A DNA stretch of 63,414 nucleotides, filler included, from Octopus bimaculoides (lineage: Eukaryota), in NCBI RefSeq assembly GCF_001194135.2. It is 7 parts of 6 records of this genome, joined end to end, with 100 filler letters (N's around TTAATTAATTAA, not from the genome) between each part and the next. Parts side by side here need not be neighbours in the genome. Positions count along the whole stretch, not along the records: positions 26,046 to 52,748 come from NC_068984.1; 6 more parts are not named here. One strand, given 5' to 3'. This document shows positions 37,640 to 50,933 of the stretch, one piece after another; the first letter of the stretch is position 1; each line of letters begins with the position of its first letter. The notes under the pieces were generated by a model. That model ran no database searches, was not told the DNA's origin, and saw only the letters and a list, made by a program, of their open reading frames with translations. The position numbers and the translations under genes are program-made.

Positions 37640-37905
37640 CAGATTCTCTCTTTCCCATCAACCACCTCCATGTCCTCATCCTCCTCCTTCTCCCTTTCAG
37701 GCTCCCCTCCTCTTCCTCCTCCCTCTCTCTCAGCTTCCTCCCCTTTCTCTCCCTCAACATCCTCATTCTTCTCTCCCTCTTCTCCTCCTCCCACTCAGCC
37801 GCCGCCTCCTCCTCGTCCTCCTTATCAGCCTCCTTATCTTCCTTTCTCCCCCACAACCTCCTTTTCTTCCTATTTCTCTGTCTCCTCCCTATTCCCCTCC
37901 TTTTC
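37640..37905. repeat. CT-rich low-complexity tract
   Basis: Directly visible. Confidence 0.9.
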
Positions 37906-38604
37906 TGAGCTTACATGTATCAGGTGGTGTTTATTGAAGCAGGTTTTCTAGAGTCAGATACCCTTTCTGCAGCCAAACCTCACTTGTTTCCAAGCAAGGT
38001 AAATACGTCTCCATGGCCAGACATATTTTTGCAGAATATTGGAAATGAATGACACTGCTTGTATGACAGTGATACTCATTTACTACTATTATGCAATGTC
38101 AAGGCAGGCAGACACACAAATACACACACACTTATATACACACATATATTGAACAATCTGCCTCACTAAACTTTGTCCAACCCATGCAAGCACAGAAAAG
38201 TGACATTAAAATGACGATGACAATGATTATGATGATATATATATATATATATATATATATANNNNNNNNNNNNNNNNNNNNNNNNNNNNNNNNNNNNNNN
38301 NNNNNNNNNNNNNNNNNNNNNNNNNNNNNNNNNNNNNNNNNNNNNNNNNNNNNNNNNNNNNNNNNNNNNNNNNNNNNNNNNNNNNNNNNNNNNNNNNNNN
38401 NNNNNNNNNNNNNNNNNNNNNNNNNNNNNNNNNNNNNNNNNNNNNNNNNNNNNNNNNNNNNNNNNNNNNNNNNNNNNNNNNNNNNNNNNNNNNNNNNNNN
38501 NNNNNNNNNNNNNNNNNNNNNNNNNNNNNNNNNNNNNNNNNNNNNNNNNNNNNNNNNNNNNNNNNNNNNNNNNAACAAGTAAAAGAGTAAAGAGAGAGTA
38601 AGAG

Positions 38605-38651
<47 letters not shown>

Positions 38652-39399
38652 TCAACAGGCTTCTTTTAGTTTTTGTCTACCAAATCCACTCGCATGGCTT
38701 TGGTTGGCCTGACGCTACAGTAGAAGATGCTTGCCCAAGGTACCATGTAGTGGGATTGTGCCCAAAACCATATGGTTGGGAAACAAACTTTTCAAGCACA
38801 CAGCCATACCTGCACCTGTTACTCATAAAGTTTAGCTCATTCCCATATGCGAATAAAGCACTTTTCCCTTAAACAGTACCTTAGTGCCTGTTTATGACTA
38901 CACACTTTGGGCCATTGAGTGTTAATTACCATTACAGTTATGTAGTACAGTGTTTGCAACAGAATACAAACCTGGTTTTTTCCCTTAGTATTGAAGTCAT
39001 TTCTAACATGTTTAGATATATTAATTTGACTGATGTTTTCTGAATCTAAAGATGCTGGTACAACAGAAATTATCGTCAGTATCGTATGGTGTAATTACTA
39101 ATTAATGATGTGATTTTCTCCATTCTTATTCTTGTTGTTTTATACACTGAATTTCTTGAACTCAAAATTATGTGGTTGGAATGTGAATTTCTTAACTACA
39201 CAGGCATACCAATAACTATTGTATCCATACACTTTTTCTACTAGTTCCTGCTTGAGGGTTGTTACCATACTTGACCACCACCAATTCTTTTTACTCTCCT
39301 CAGTGTTGATCCAGCTTAACACTTTGGCACTTAAACTACCTGTATCCGGCCTAAATAGTCTACCTGTTCTCTGTTCAAACCAGCTACATCTGACCTCTC

Positions 39400-39812
39400 T
39401 CACCTACTCTCTTTACTCTTTATTCGTTTCAGTCATTTGACTGTGGCCATGCTGGAGCATCGCCTTTAGTTGAGCAAATCAACCCCAAGACTTATTCTTT
39501 GTAAGCCTAGTACTTATTCTGTCGGTCTCTTCTGCTGAACCGCTAAGTTACTGGGACGTAAACACACCACCATCAATTGTCAAGCGATGTTGGGGTGGGG
39601 TGGGGGGACAAACACAGACACACAAACATATACACACACATACATATATACGACGGGCTTCTTTCAGTTTCCATCTACCAAATCATCACAAGGCTTTGGT
39701 CGGCCTGAGGCTATAGTAGAAGACACTTGCCCAAGGTGCCACGCAGTTGGAATGAACTCAGAGCCATATGGTTGGTAAGTAAGCTAATTACCACACAGCC
39801 ACTCCTGTGCCT
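39400..39812 (-). mobile_element. SINE family A (a second, partial - copy at 38650-38815)
   Basis: Similarity to the other copies. Confidence 0.85.
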
Positions 39813-40579
39813 ACAATATTATTCTAAAAAATTTACATTCAAATCACTGAAATCTCAAAGTTATGAGATAATGCATGATAAATTCAAGGCAATGTGAATG
39901 CCAGTATCATGCAAATGGCACCCCTATGAAATCATATTCATGGCCATTGCTGCTGTCATGTAAATGGCTCCCGTGCCAGTGATATGTAAAAAGCATCTTG
40001 GAGTGATTGGTGGTAGGAAGGGCATCCAACTGTAGAAACCATGCCAAATCAAACCGGAACCTGGTGCAGCCCTCCAGCTTACCAGCTCCAGTCCAACCGT
40101 CTAACCCATGCCAGCATGGAAAGTGGACATTAAATGATGATGATGATGATGATGATGATGATGCATTTGATACAATAGTTCAAGTGGTAAAGGATTAAAC
40201 TGCTTTAAAGCAACCTTAATTTTATCCAGCATGGTGATTTGTCTATCTGTTTTCATTCCTCACTGTCCCACCTATAAGAAACATTGCACTTGTAATTGTT
40301 GTTACACTTCCTTCTTGGGAATTATTTGATGACTTCACTCATGTTAGTGCCACGTAAAATGTACCCAGTACACTCCGCCAAGAGGTTCCTATGGTGAAGG
40401 CATCCAGCTGTCAAAACTATACCAAAGAAGACACTGGAGCTCATCACAGTTTTTCAGGTCATCAAATCCTATCAAACCATCCAACCCATGCCAGCATGGA
40501 AGACAAGCATTAAATGATGATGATGAAAGTTATTAGCGTGATAATATATGATAAATATGTGATGGCAATCATAATGATA

Positions 40580-41505
40580 ATGTTTGCAAATTTTGGCACA
40601 AGGCTGGTAATTTTAGGAGAGGGGACAAATGAAATTACAGTAACCCCAGTGCTCAATTGGTACGTATTTCATTGGCCTTCAAAAGGATGAAAAGCAAAGT
40701 CAAGCTTGGGTCAGTGGGATTTGAACTTGGAACATAATGAATTGAGAGATACGTTGCTAAACATTTTGTGCAACATGCTACTGATTCTGTCAGCTACCAC
40801 TTAGTGATAATAATCCTTTCAACTATAGGCACATGGCTTGGATTCTGTGGGGAGGGTGGCAGTTAATCACATCGACCCAGTACTCAACTGGTACTTAATT
40901 TATCAACCCCAAAAGGATGAAAGGCAAAGTTGACCTCGGCGGAATTTGATCTCTGAACATAGCAACAGGCAAAATACCGCTAAGCATTTTGCCCAACATG
41001 CTAAGGATTCTTATTTCTTTATTGCTCACAAGGGGCTGAACATAGAGGGGACAAACAAGAACAGACAAAGGGATTAAGTCGATTACATCGACCCCAGTGC
41101 GTAACTGGTTCAAGATTATATCAACCCCAGTGCTCAACTCAGACTCTGAAAGGATGAAAGGCAAAGTCAGTTTTGGCTCAGCAGAATTTGAACTGAGAGT
41201 GTAACGACTTGGAAGAAATACTGCTAAACATTTTTCCCAACAAGCTAACAATACTGTTAGTTCAGTATCTTAGTGATAATAATAAAAGTAGTTTCAAATT
41301 TTGGCATAAGGCAAGCAGTTTCCTGGGAAGAGGAACGTCAAATACATTGACCTCCAGTGTTCAACTGGTACTTATTTTATCAACCTCAAAAGAATGAAAG
41401 GCAAAGTCAACTACAGCGGGATTTGAACCTCAGAACTTGAAGACAGACAAAATGTTGTTAAGAATTTTCCCTGGCATGCTAACAATTCTGCCAGCTCGCT
41501 ACTTT
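40580..41505 (-). mobile_element. Array of 4-5 SINE family C units
   Basis: Repeated family C modules separated by (TAA)-rich spacers, mostly CpG-eroded. Confidence 0.8.
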
Positions 41506-41744
41506 GTGTGATAATAATGATAATAATAAATGTTGTAACATTGACGATGATAATGATGATGGTGGTGGTGATGATGATGATGATGATGATGATGCATGTA
41601 ACTTGCCATCAAAGTTTTTTTTTAATGTTTTAAATATCATTTTCTTTTTATAAACAAAAATTCACCTTTGTTGTTTTGTTTTGTTTTGTACTATTAACAT
41701 TTCTCTTTGAATCATTATTATTATTGTTGTTATTATTATTATCA

Positions 41745-41784
<40 letters not shown>

Positions 41785-41799
41785 CATTATTGTTATTGT

Positions 41800-43270
41800 G
41801 GTTATTAGACAAGACGGAAAGTGTAATGTGATTGCAATAGATATTTCATTGGTTGAACGACATTGCGACAGCAAGCCTGTCTTTGTCGAGTTCAAAAATA
41901 AAAAGTGATAAAAATTCAAAATTATAGACATTCAAATCTAAAATATGAACAAGAGCAACCAGCATCCACGTGCTGATGGAATGACATCATCAGTCTTTAA
42001 GTTTCAATTTTATGACAGGAGAAAAGAAAAAGACAGAAAAAAAGAGGAAAGAAAAAACAAGGGAAAAGAAGAATATTTAATCAAACAGATTTGTGTAAAT
42101 TTGATGATATTCTCCTGTCATTTTATTCATTTCTCCAGGGCATGATGTTAATAACTCACAAACATATTTCTCCTCATGCATTTTGAGAAGTGAAAGTGAA
42201 GCAGATTCAGAATATTTTCTGAGAATATGCACTTTTGAGTCTTTTTCAAAATTGCAGCAATTTGAAGCAAAATGTTCAGCAAGTTCTGTCAAACTACTAT
42301 TATTGTGCCTGACATCATATCTGTGCCTGTTAAATCTTTTATTTAATTGTTCTATTCTTTTGCTTGTTTCAGTCATTTGACTGCGGCCATGCTGGAGCAC
42401 CGCCTTTAGTCGAGCTAATCAACCCCAGGACTTATTCATTGTAAGCCTAGTACTTGTCCTATCGGTCTCTTTTGCCGAACCGCTAAGTTACGGGGACGTA
42501 AACACACCAGCATCGGTTGTCAAGCGATGTTGGGGGGACAAACACAGACACACAAACATATACACACAAACATATACACACACACATACATATATATATA
42601 TATACATATATACGACGGGCTTCTTTCAGTTTCCATCTACCAAATCCACTCACAAGGCTTTAGTTGGCCCGAGGCTATAGTAGAAGACACTTGCCCAAGG
42701 TGCCATGCAGTGGGACTGAACCCGGAACCATGCGGTTCATAAGCAAGCTACTTACCACACAGCCACTCCTATGCCTATTGTACAACCAACATAAATTAAG
42801 TTGTGTTTCATACATTCTGCCGTGTACACTGAATGGGAATCTCTACATGTCCTACCTTCTGTATAAATCATAACATTTCTGTTATGATTCTAGATGGAAT
42901 TTCACTTGACTCTTGTTGTTGCACAATAAACAGGGCTTACCTCCCATGCGGCTGTTTTTCAAAGTACAGTGTGCAGATACTTCAATGTTAGTTGTCTTGG
43001 GGTCAGAAATAGATATATTTTTATTCCATCTAAAGGCTACAATAGGCGGCTGAAGAAATATCTGTTTGAAATGAGGATATTTTTCCACCACATGCTGGTA
43101 ACATTCATGCGACACTTTTGAAATGCCAGCAAAATTTCAGTGCCAGTTAATCACTGAAGGAATTCTGTCACATGCCTGAAGGTTTGACTATCTTTGCTAA
43201 TCTTAGCTATTTCATTTGCTATTTCCTTTAATCATGATTCACTGTAATCATGCTTGACACGACGATCATA
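41800..43270 (-). pseudogene. Penelope-like element relic: RT-EN linker and GIY-YIG endonuclease, split by a SINE
   Basis: - strand FKQIFLQPPIVAFRWNKN...KPCLLC, then VYTAECMKHNLIYVGCT | IEQLNKRFNRHRYDVR...ELAEHF...HILRK...EEKYVCELLTSCPGEMN; removing the SINE restores the frame. Confidence 0.8.
42348..42776 (-). mobile_element. SINE family A, young, inserted in the GIY-YIG domain
   Basis: CpGs retained; short ctatt duplication at the ends. Confidence 0.85.
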
Positions 43271-43279
43271 ATGGCAAAA

Positions 43280-43500
43280 TCTGGATGAAATGCTTAGAAA
43301 TCTGGCAGCATGTTGGATGAAATGCTTTGAGGTATTTTGTCCATCACTATGTTCCGAGTTCAAATTCTGCCAAGGTTGACTTTGCTTTTCATCCTTTCAG
43401 GGTCAATAAATCAAGTACCAGTGAATCACTGGGATCAATATAATCAATTTATCCCCTCCCTGAAAATGGCTGCCCTTGTGGCAAAATTTGAAACCATTAT
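43280..43500 (+). mobile_element. SINE family C (eroded)
   Basis: Similarity to the other copies. Confidence 0.7.
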
Positions 43501-44400
43501 TATTATTATTATTATTATCATGATTATTATTATCATCATTATTATTTAGTAGTAGTAGTAGTAGCAGTAGTAGTTATTTGAGACCATTTTGTTTGATGCA
43601 ACAAGCTTGTTTCCACAGGATCCCTTGACAGCCATATTGTCATCACATGCCATTCTTATAATTTTCATTATTAATGTCATCATCATCGTCGTCATCATCA
43701 TCATCATATTCATTGTCATTATTGTCATCATCATCATCATCGCCATCATTGTCATCTTATTCATCACTATTATCAAAATTATTGTTACCATTAGTACCAT
43801 CACATATTCATCATTATTTTCACATTTATAATTTTCATCATTATTATCATCACCATCATCATCATTGTATTCATTGTTATTATCACCATTATCATTATTA
43901 CTATTACATATTCATCATTATTATCACCCTTATAATTTTCTTTATTAATATCATCAGCATATCCCCCTCATCTTCATCTTCATCATCTTCATCATATTCC
44001 TCAACATCATTACCAACACCATTGTCATCATCATCATCATCATCATCAGTATTATCACCATTATCATTAACCTCATTGCCATCACCTATTCATCAGTATT
44101 ATCATCCTTGTAATTTTCGCTATCAATATCATTGTCATTGTCATCATCATCATCATCAGCAGCAGCAGCATTGATGTCACCATTATTTTTGATGACGCTA
44201 TGGCTGGTCCATGCTGCAGCATCTTTCGATGCATCTATGAGGTCCAATATTTTCCAGGTTTTATCTCACTGTTCCTCCTCAATTTACTTCTACTGGCACT
44301 ACCACACCACCACTACTATCACACCCACTGAGGCTATCATAGCCATCACCATCTTTGCTGTTTCATTATAGACCAGAAGTACCATCTACTGCTGCATTTG
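43495..44400. repeat. Long degenerate (ATC)/(ATT)n low-complexity region
   Basis: Directly visible. Confidence 0.9.
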
Positions 44401-44733
44401 TAGTCACTTTTGTAAATCATCTATGCTTATTCTTTACTGTTTCTGTTTAACCCCAGGTTAGCCATAAGTGAGTTGCAGAACTATGAACAAAGGAGTCACA
44501 ACCATGACAATCCCATCTGTGTTTTATTAGATACTAGCTTAAAAGCTGCACTCTGTGCAGACTTTTCAGCTAGCTCTTGTGGAGGGTTAATTGAACCTGC
44601 AACCCAAAGCTGAACAGTGCTAAATAGCATGATTATAATATGTCTATAATGACTACATTCCCCGCCGGTGTTTGATCAGGGATTAAGTACAGATGAGAAT
44701 TAATTCTGTAATGTAATCATTCTATTGTTTCAG

Positions 44734-44787
44734 TCCCAAGTTGAATTCCAACTGTTGGCTAATTTGTCCCAAAGTAATGACATAAAA
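44734..44787 (+). CDS. Candidate exon (SQVEFQLLANLSQSNDIK)
   Basis: Acceptor tctattgtttcag|, donor AAA|gtaagg, open only in phase 0; it does not by itself connect to the phase-1 exon at 49710. Confidence 0.25.
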
Positions 44788-47694
44788 GTAAGGAAGTGAA
44801 TGTCATTTATCTCGCCCTTGATCTCTGATGTCATCTGACAAATGCCAGCCAAGATGGCATGAATCAGCCAAGCCTTACCTGCTAGAAATAGCAACCCAAA
44901 TGCTTTTAAATTAGATCCCAATGTTGGATGTTCAAGAATCAAATGAAGAGAAAATTTTCAATCCTGAGATCATCCTGATTCCAAAAAGGTATAATATGTC
45001 AATGTAGAGCAAATGTAGACTGAGATACAGGGGCCAGGACAGACAGATAGAATTTCACTTTTATTAATATAGATAGCTTATCTAGAACTACATACAATAT
45101 CTGATGTATCCTTCATCTTTATTTTTAAGATGCTCAGGTGTATTATGAGGGGCATTTACTTCTATCTCTAGGATTCTCTTCTTTTTCTCTTACTGTGTGT
45201 GTGTATCATTCATTTACTCATTGCCTACTGCCAAACCAATCAAGTGCACTCATCTTGTACGTCTCATGTTAACATATTAACTCTCTTCTAATGTCTCTCA
45301 CCCTCTCTCTATACAATGTAAAATATGATTGGAGAAATCAGTAAATCAACAAACCAACCTTTATATCAGCTTGTACTGCTGCCATGAAACAGTTACTCAG
45401 TTCACACTGTGAAGTGGTTTTTATAAGAAAGGGCATCAAGTTGTAGAGGCTATGACAAAGCAGACATTGAAGATTAATGCAGTACTCTGGTTCGCTGGAT
45501 CTTGTTGAACCCTCCAACCTATGCCAACATAGAGTATGTACTTGGCACTGGAGGTGGTGGGGATTTATCTCCCTGCTAGCAATATAAACAAGAAAGCATT
45601 TTGCACCAGAAGCCAATATGAAAGTTTCTCTCACGGTGACTACTGCAGTATAGCTTGTTATAACAGAACATTGATGTTTATGTTGTCGTCATCGTTATTG
45701 TCATCATCATCATCATCAGTTAATGTCTGCTTCCCATACTGGCAAGGGTTGGATAGTTTGACAGGAGTTGGCTAGGTAGACAACTGCACCAGGTTTCAAT
45801 GTCTGTTTTGGCATGGTTTTTATGGCTGGATGCCCTTCCTAACACTAACCACCCTTCAGAATGGACTGAGTGCTTTTTACATGGCACCAGCATAGGTGAA
45901 GTGAGTTTTGGCATGGTTTTTACAGTTAGAATGCCCTTTCAAATACCAACCACTTTACAGTATGGACTGAATGCTTATTACATGGCTCCAGCATTGGCAG
46001 GGTCACCAAGTCAAAAATCCTTTGAGAGGGGAGAGGACATTGGAGGAGCTCTTGAGCCAGATGATTAAAGGTTAGAGTTTGACAGAGAGACAGAAACAGG
46101 TGTCTTGCTGTAGAGGAGATACATAGTTACCAATCAGAAAGAGAGAGATTGATGCCAAAGCATATTATCTCTCAGCATTAATACTGCATCTGTTGCTAAT
46201 ATATATTTTTTAAATAGTGATTATAAAAGGACCCCCTTCGGTCACGAATGACCATGCTATTGCACCTAGAAAGTTAGCCTCTGAGGCAAGGTTGTTTATG
46301 GAAGACCAGCAGTCACCCATGCATACCGGCCTCCCCTTTCCACACCACCAGTTTTGTCCAAGGTAAAGGCAAAGGCCGATACAGCTTAGCACCAGTGACG
46401 TCGCAACTCGTTTCTACAGCTGAGTGAACTGGAGCAAGGTGAAGTAGAGTGTGTTGCTCAAGAACAACACACAGCCTGGTCTGACCTCATGCTTGTGAGC
46501 CTGACACTCTAAGCACCGAGCCATGTGTCTTCACATAAATTATGCTCATACAGCATTGAAAATTTTGCTAGTAAATTAACACACACACAACACTCATTCT
46601 ATACAACTCCCACAATAAATCATACACAATACAGTCACCAATAAATAAAATAACACAACTTACAGGGTAGCTGCTGAACACAAATGACACCCATACAATT
46701 AATACTGCATATTCTATCCAACAAAAAAAAAACTGAAGGTAATACCAGAAACAACAAAACAAAGTGATAATAAATCCAACAGATGAAAAAAATGACAGAA
46801 AAACATCTCTCATTTCTTCAGAATACAATTTTGAATACATTTCAGGAGATACACACTTGGGGGTACAGTGGAACGCTACTACATGAAACTGTTGGAAAAG
46901 GAATATTATAATTATGGCATTATGATTTAACTGAATATTATAATTCAGCATAGGTATGACTGCTTGGTTCCCAATCATATGCTCTCAGGTCCAATCCTAC
47001 TGTATAGTTCCTTGAGCCAATGTCTTTGACTATAGCTCCAAGTTCCGACTGAAACTTTATGAGTAGAAACTGAGAGTAGTTGGTCATGTACATATGTGTG
47101 CATGCACAAACACATGCACATGCATGCATGTATGTTTGTATGTGTGTGTGTGAGTGTGTGTTCCAAAACTAACTTCGCCTGAACTAGTGCCAGGTAAAAA
47201 GCACTCAGCAGTCCACTCTGCTGAGTGGTTGGTGTTAGGAAAGGCATCCAGCTGTAAAAACCCTGCCAAAACAGACAGTAGCCTGGGGTAGCCTTCTACC
47301 AGGCCAGCTCCTGCATGCTTAGATGCATAGTAAACAGATGTAAGATGATGATATATATATATACACACACACGTGTGTGTGTTTGTACATTATGTGATGG
47401 TTGCAAATGAACATCATCACACATGCATAGTTGTTCCTTTTAAGTCGTCTTTGAAAAAATATCTGGTTATGAGGAAATAATACCCTGTTTTCAAACAAGT
47501 AAGGATTGACATTAGGAAGGACATTCTACCATAGAAAATCTGTCTCAATCATGGAAAGTGTATTTTAAAATGATAATGATGACAATCATGGGCACAAATT
47601 TAGGGTGGAGAGTAATACAGTCGATTTAACAATGCTGGTACCAGACTGACATACATTGGAAGGATGAAAAATGAAGATAACTTTAAGTGTCATT

Positions 47695-48170
47695 TAAACT
47701 GGTTTCAAATTTTGGCACAAGACCAGTGCTCAACTGTCATTATTTTATCAATCCCGAAAGGATGAAAGGCAAAGTCAACTTTCATGAACTTTGAACTCAC
47801 AACGTAAAGACAAATGAAATGCTGATAGGCATTTTAATTGACATGCTTACGATTCTACCAGCTCACCACCTTAAATTGGTATTTCAATTAAGAACTTTGA
47901 AAATGTAATTAGATACACAAAGCTAATTAGTCAGTCTATTGATTCTGTCAATCAGTGATAATGGTTTGAAATTTTGGCTCAATGCCAGTAATTTCAAGGA
48001 GGGGTTAAGTTGATTACATCAACCCCAGTGTTCAACTGGTACACTAGAAGGATAAACGGTAAAGTCAACCATAATGTAATTTGAACTCAGAACGTAATAC
48101 ATGAATGAAATGCTGTTAAGCATTTTGTCCAGCGTGCTAATGATTCTGCCAGCTTGCCAGAGGATAATCC
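47695..48170 (-). mobile_element. Array of about 3 eroded SINE family C units
   Basis: Similarity to the other copies. Confidence 0.75.
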
Positions 48171-48464
48171 CTGTTTATTAATAACCAATATAAATGATGG
48201 TTGGTTGGTTGATGGTTGATTTCTCAAGTCCCACTTTATATCATATTGAGAAGAGTGGAGAGAGAGTAACAGAGGGATACAAAGAGGGAGAGAGTTAATA
48301 TAAGGGATGCAGAATGAGTGCACATACCTGGCTTGGTGGCAGGCAAAGAGTAAAGGAATGCTATACACATTTAGTGAAAGAGAAAGTATCATAGAGACAG
48401 AGGTGGTGAAGTAAATGACTGAGTAGTTATGGGAGGAATTATACAAATAGGAAATTTGTATTCT

Positions 48465-48855
48465 TTCATTCTTTTACATGTTTCAGTCATTTTGACTGCG
48501 ACCATGCTGGAGCACCACCTTAAAGAGTTTTAGTCAAATAAATCAACCCCAGGACTTATTCTTTGTAAGCCTAGTACTTATGCTATCAGTCTCTTTTCTG
48601 AACTGCTAAGTTATGGGGACATAAACACACCAACATCAGTTGTTAAGTGATGGTGGGAGGGACACACACACAAATATATATGCATACATATATATATATG
48701 ACAGGCTTCTTTCAGTTTCCATCAATCAAATCCACTCACAAGGCTTTGGTCAGCCTGAGGCTATAGTAATAGACAGTTGGCCAAAGTGCGACGCAGTGGA
48801 ACTTAACCTGGAACCATGTGGTTGGGAAGCATTGTTCTTAACCACACAGCCGCAA
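48465..48855 (-). mobile_element. SINE family A (eroded)
   Basis: Similarity to the other copies. Confidence 0.8.
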
Positions 48856-48924
48856 ATATATATTTGTTTTAAATGAATATTCATTTAATGATTTTGCATT
48901 GGCCCTCAGAAAAATCATAATTAC

Positions 48925-49270
48925 TAGGTGCAGGTATAGCTGTGTAGTTGAAAAGTTTGCTTCCTACATACTTCATTTTGGGCAAGTGTCTTCTATAGCC
49001 AAGGGCCAACCAAAGCTTTGTGAGTGGATTTGGCAGATGGAAACTGAAAGAAGCTTGTCATGTCTGTAAATGTGTGTGTGTGATGTGTTCTTACCTTGAC
49101 ATCGCATGATAGTTGGAAACAGCTGTCAGTGTCATACAAATATTGCCATTCATTTCTAATATTTTGTGAGAACATTGTGTAGCCATAGAGCATCACTTGG
49201 AAACAGGTGACTGTAAGCGACAATAATTGTGTCCAGCCATAAAAAAATCATACTCAGTAAACTATCTGGC
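48925..49270 (+). mobile_element. SINE with a family A head and a different 3' body
   Basis: Head through gaaactgaaagaagc matches family A, then taccttgacatcgcatgatagttg...ttggaaacaggtga, related to 47390-47560. Confidence 0.6.
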
Positions 49271-49709
49271 CTATGCAAACATGGGAAAGTGGATATTGAA
49301 TGGTAGCAGGGGACGGTGGCAGTGGCGGCAGCAGCGGTGGTGGTGGCGGTGGCAGCAGCCGCGGTGGCGATGGCGGCAGTGGGGATAGCGACGACGGCGG
49401 CATGTGTGTGTGAGTGTGTGTGCATGCATGTGCGTGATTTCCTGATATTACCCATAGCAGAAAACACTGTTGTTATTACAATTTCTTGTCTAGAATTTCA
49501 ATGGGTGGGAACAGTCAGTTCAGTACATGATTAATAATTTATCTTATTGATAAGACATCGATGAAGAATGATGAAGTTGACCTTGCCAGAACACAATGTA
49601 CAGGGCCATAACTTAATAAAAAATTCAATCCGCCTCTCATCATGATATTAAAAGCAATAATAAGTCTTAAATTTGACAAGTTTATGATTCTAAAATCCTC
49701 TATTTGCAG

Positions 49710-49992
49710 AATTAGTACAATTGCACAAGCAGAATGAAATGCTACGTGCAAAAATTGGTTCTCTGCTGACACTGAAGGAAGAAACAGCATTGAAGAAAGA
49801 CAACCTGGTAGATGAAATAAAAGAAATGTATGGAAAATATCGGGACACATTTGATTCTTGCAGACTGTTAATGAGGGATATCAAAACGCTGGAAGCAAAA
49901 AGTGACCCACTCGAGGTAATAGATGTAGACTTAGAAATGCCAGAGAAAGAGGAACCTGAAGAAGATATTAAAACTTTGAAAATCATCCTAAA
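49710..49992 (+). CDS. Large exon (ELVQLHKQNEMLRAKIG...EPEEDIKTLKIIL), unidentified coiled-coil protein
   Basis: Acceptor cctctatttgcag|, donor AA|gtaagc, 283 nt with no stops (phase 1 to 2), charged helical composition. Confidence 0.75.
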
Positions 49993-50029
49993 GTAAGCAT
50001 TATTGTTATTATTGAATAATAGTTACCAT

Positions 50030-50235
50030 TCTTTTATTCTTTTACACGTTTCAATCATTCGATTGTGGTCATGCTGGAGCACTGCCTTGAAAGGTTCTAG
50101 TCAAAGAATTTGTCCTCAGGACATCTTCTTTGTAAGCCTATTTATTCTTTCTACCTCTTTTGCCAAACTGCTAAGTTACAGGGACATAAACACACCAAAA
50201 TCAGTCAGCTAATGATGGCGATGGGGACAAATATA
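50030..50235 (-). mobile_element. SINE family A 3' half (eroded)
   Basis: Similarity to the other copies. Confidence 0.7.
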
Positions 50236-50252
50236 GGCACAATGACACATAA

Positions 50253-50314
<62 letters not shown>

Positions 50315-50379
50315 TAGCAGAGCAACCTGGAAGGAAAAAAGCAAAATATGCTGTATAGAAATCTGAGGACATTCTGTAG

Positions 50380-50512
50380 ATGGACTCTAAGATGAATGAT
50401 GACTGGGCACCTCTCATGAATTGGAAAATTGAAGATGCGCCAAAAAGCCTCATTGGTACTTGGAAACTTTTACGAAAATTAAAATGGGGATTAAATGAAA
50501 AAAATGATTTAC
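50380..50512 (+). CDS. Protein-like segment (MDSKMNDDWAPLMNWKIEDAPKSLIGTWKLLRKLKWGLNEKNDL): alternative exon or decayed TE
   Basis: Open frame with ttctgtag| before and C|gtga after, but a poor polypyrimidine tract and two in-frame TAG codons just upstream. Confidence 0.2.
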
Positions 50513-50886
50513 GTGANNNNNNNNNNNNNNNNNNNNNNNNNNNNNNNNNNNNNNNNNNNNNNNNNNNNNNNNNNNNNNNNNNNNNNNNNNNNNNNNNNNN
50601 NNNNNNNNNNNNNNNNNNNNNNNNNNNNNNNNNNNNNNNNNNNNNNNNNNNNNNNNNNNNNNNNNNNNNNNNNNNNNNNNNNNNNNNNNNNNNNNNNNNN
50701 NNNNNNNNNNNNNNNNNNNNNNNNNNNNNNNNNNNNNNNNNNNNNNNNNNNNNNNNNNNNNNNNNNNNNGATGCATATGACAAAACACCCCTTGACTCAC
50801 TCACACTCTGTCTCTTACAAATACACACATACATAAATGTATACAAACATATTTACAAAGACACACGTGTGTATGCACGTGTGTGC

Positions 50887-50933
<47 letters not shown>

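Noticed and set aside
41967-41998. - strand ctgatgatg...catcagcacgt hammerhead-like remnant in the Penelope 3' region
   Set aside because: GAAA is missing and no stem I forms in this copy.
28583-49992. Vague resemblance of the exon peptides to kinetochore coiled-coil proteins such as CENP-K
   Set aside because: Only compositional, eye-level similarity with inconsistent segment order; no gene symbol assigned without a profile search.
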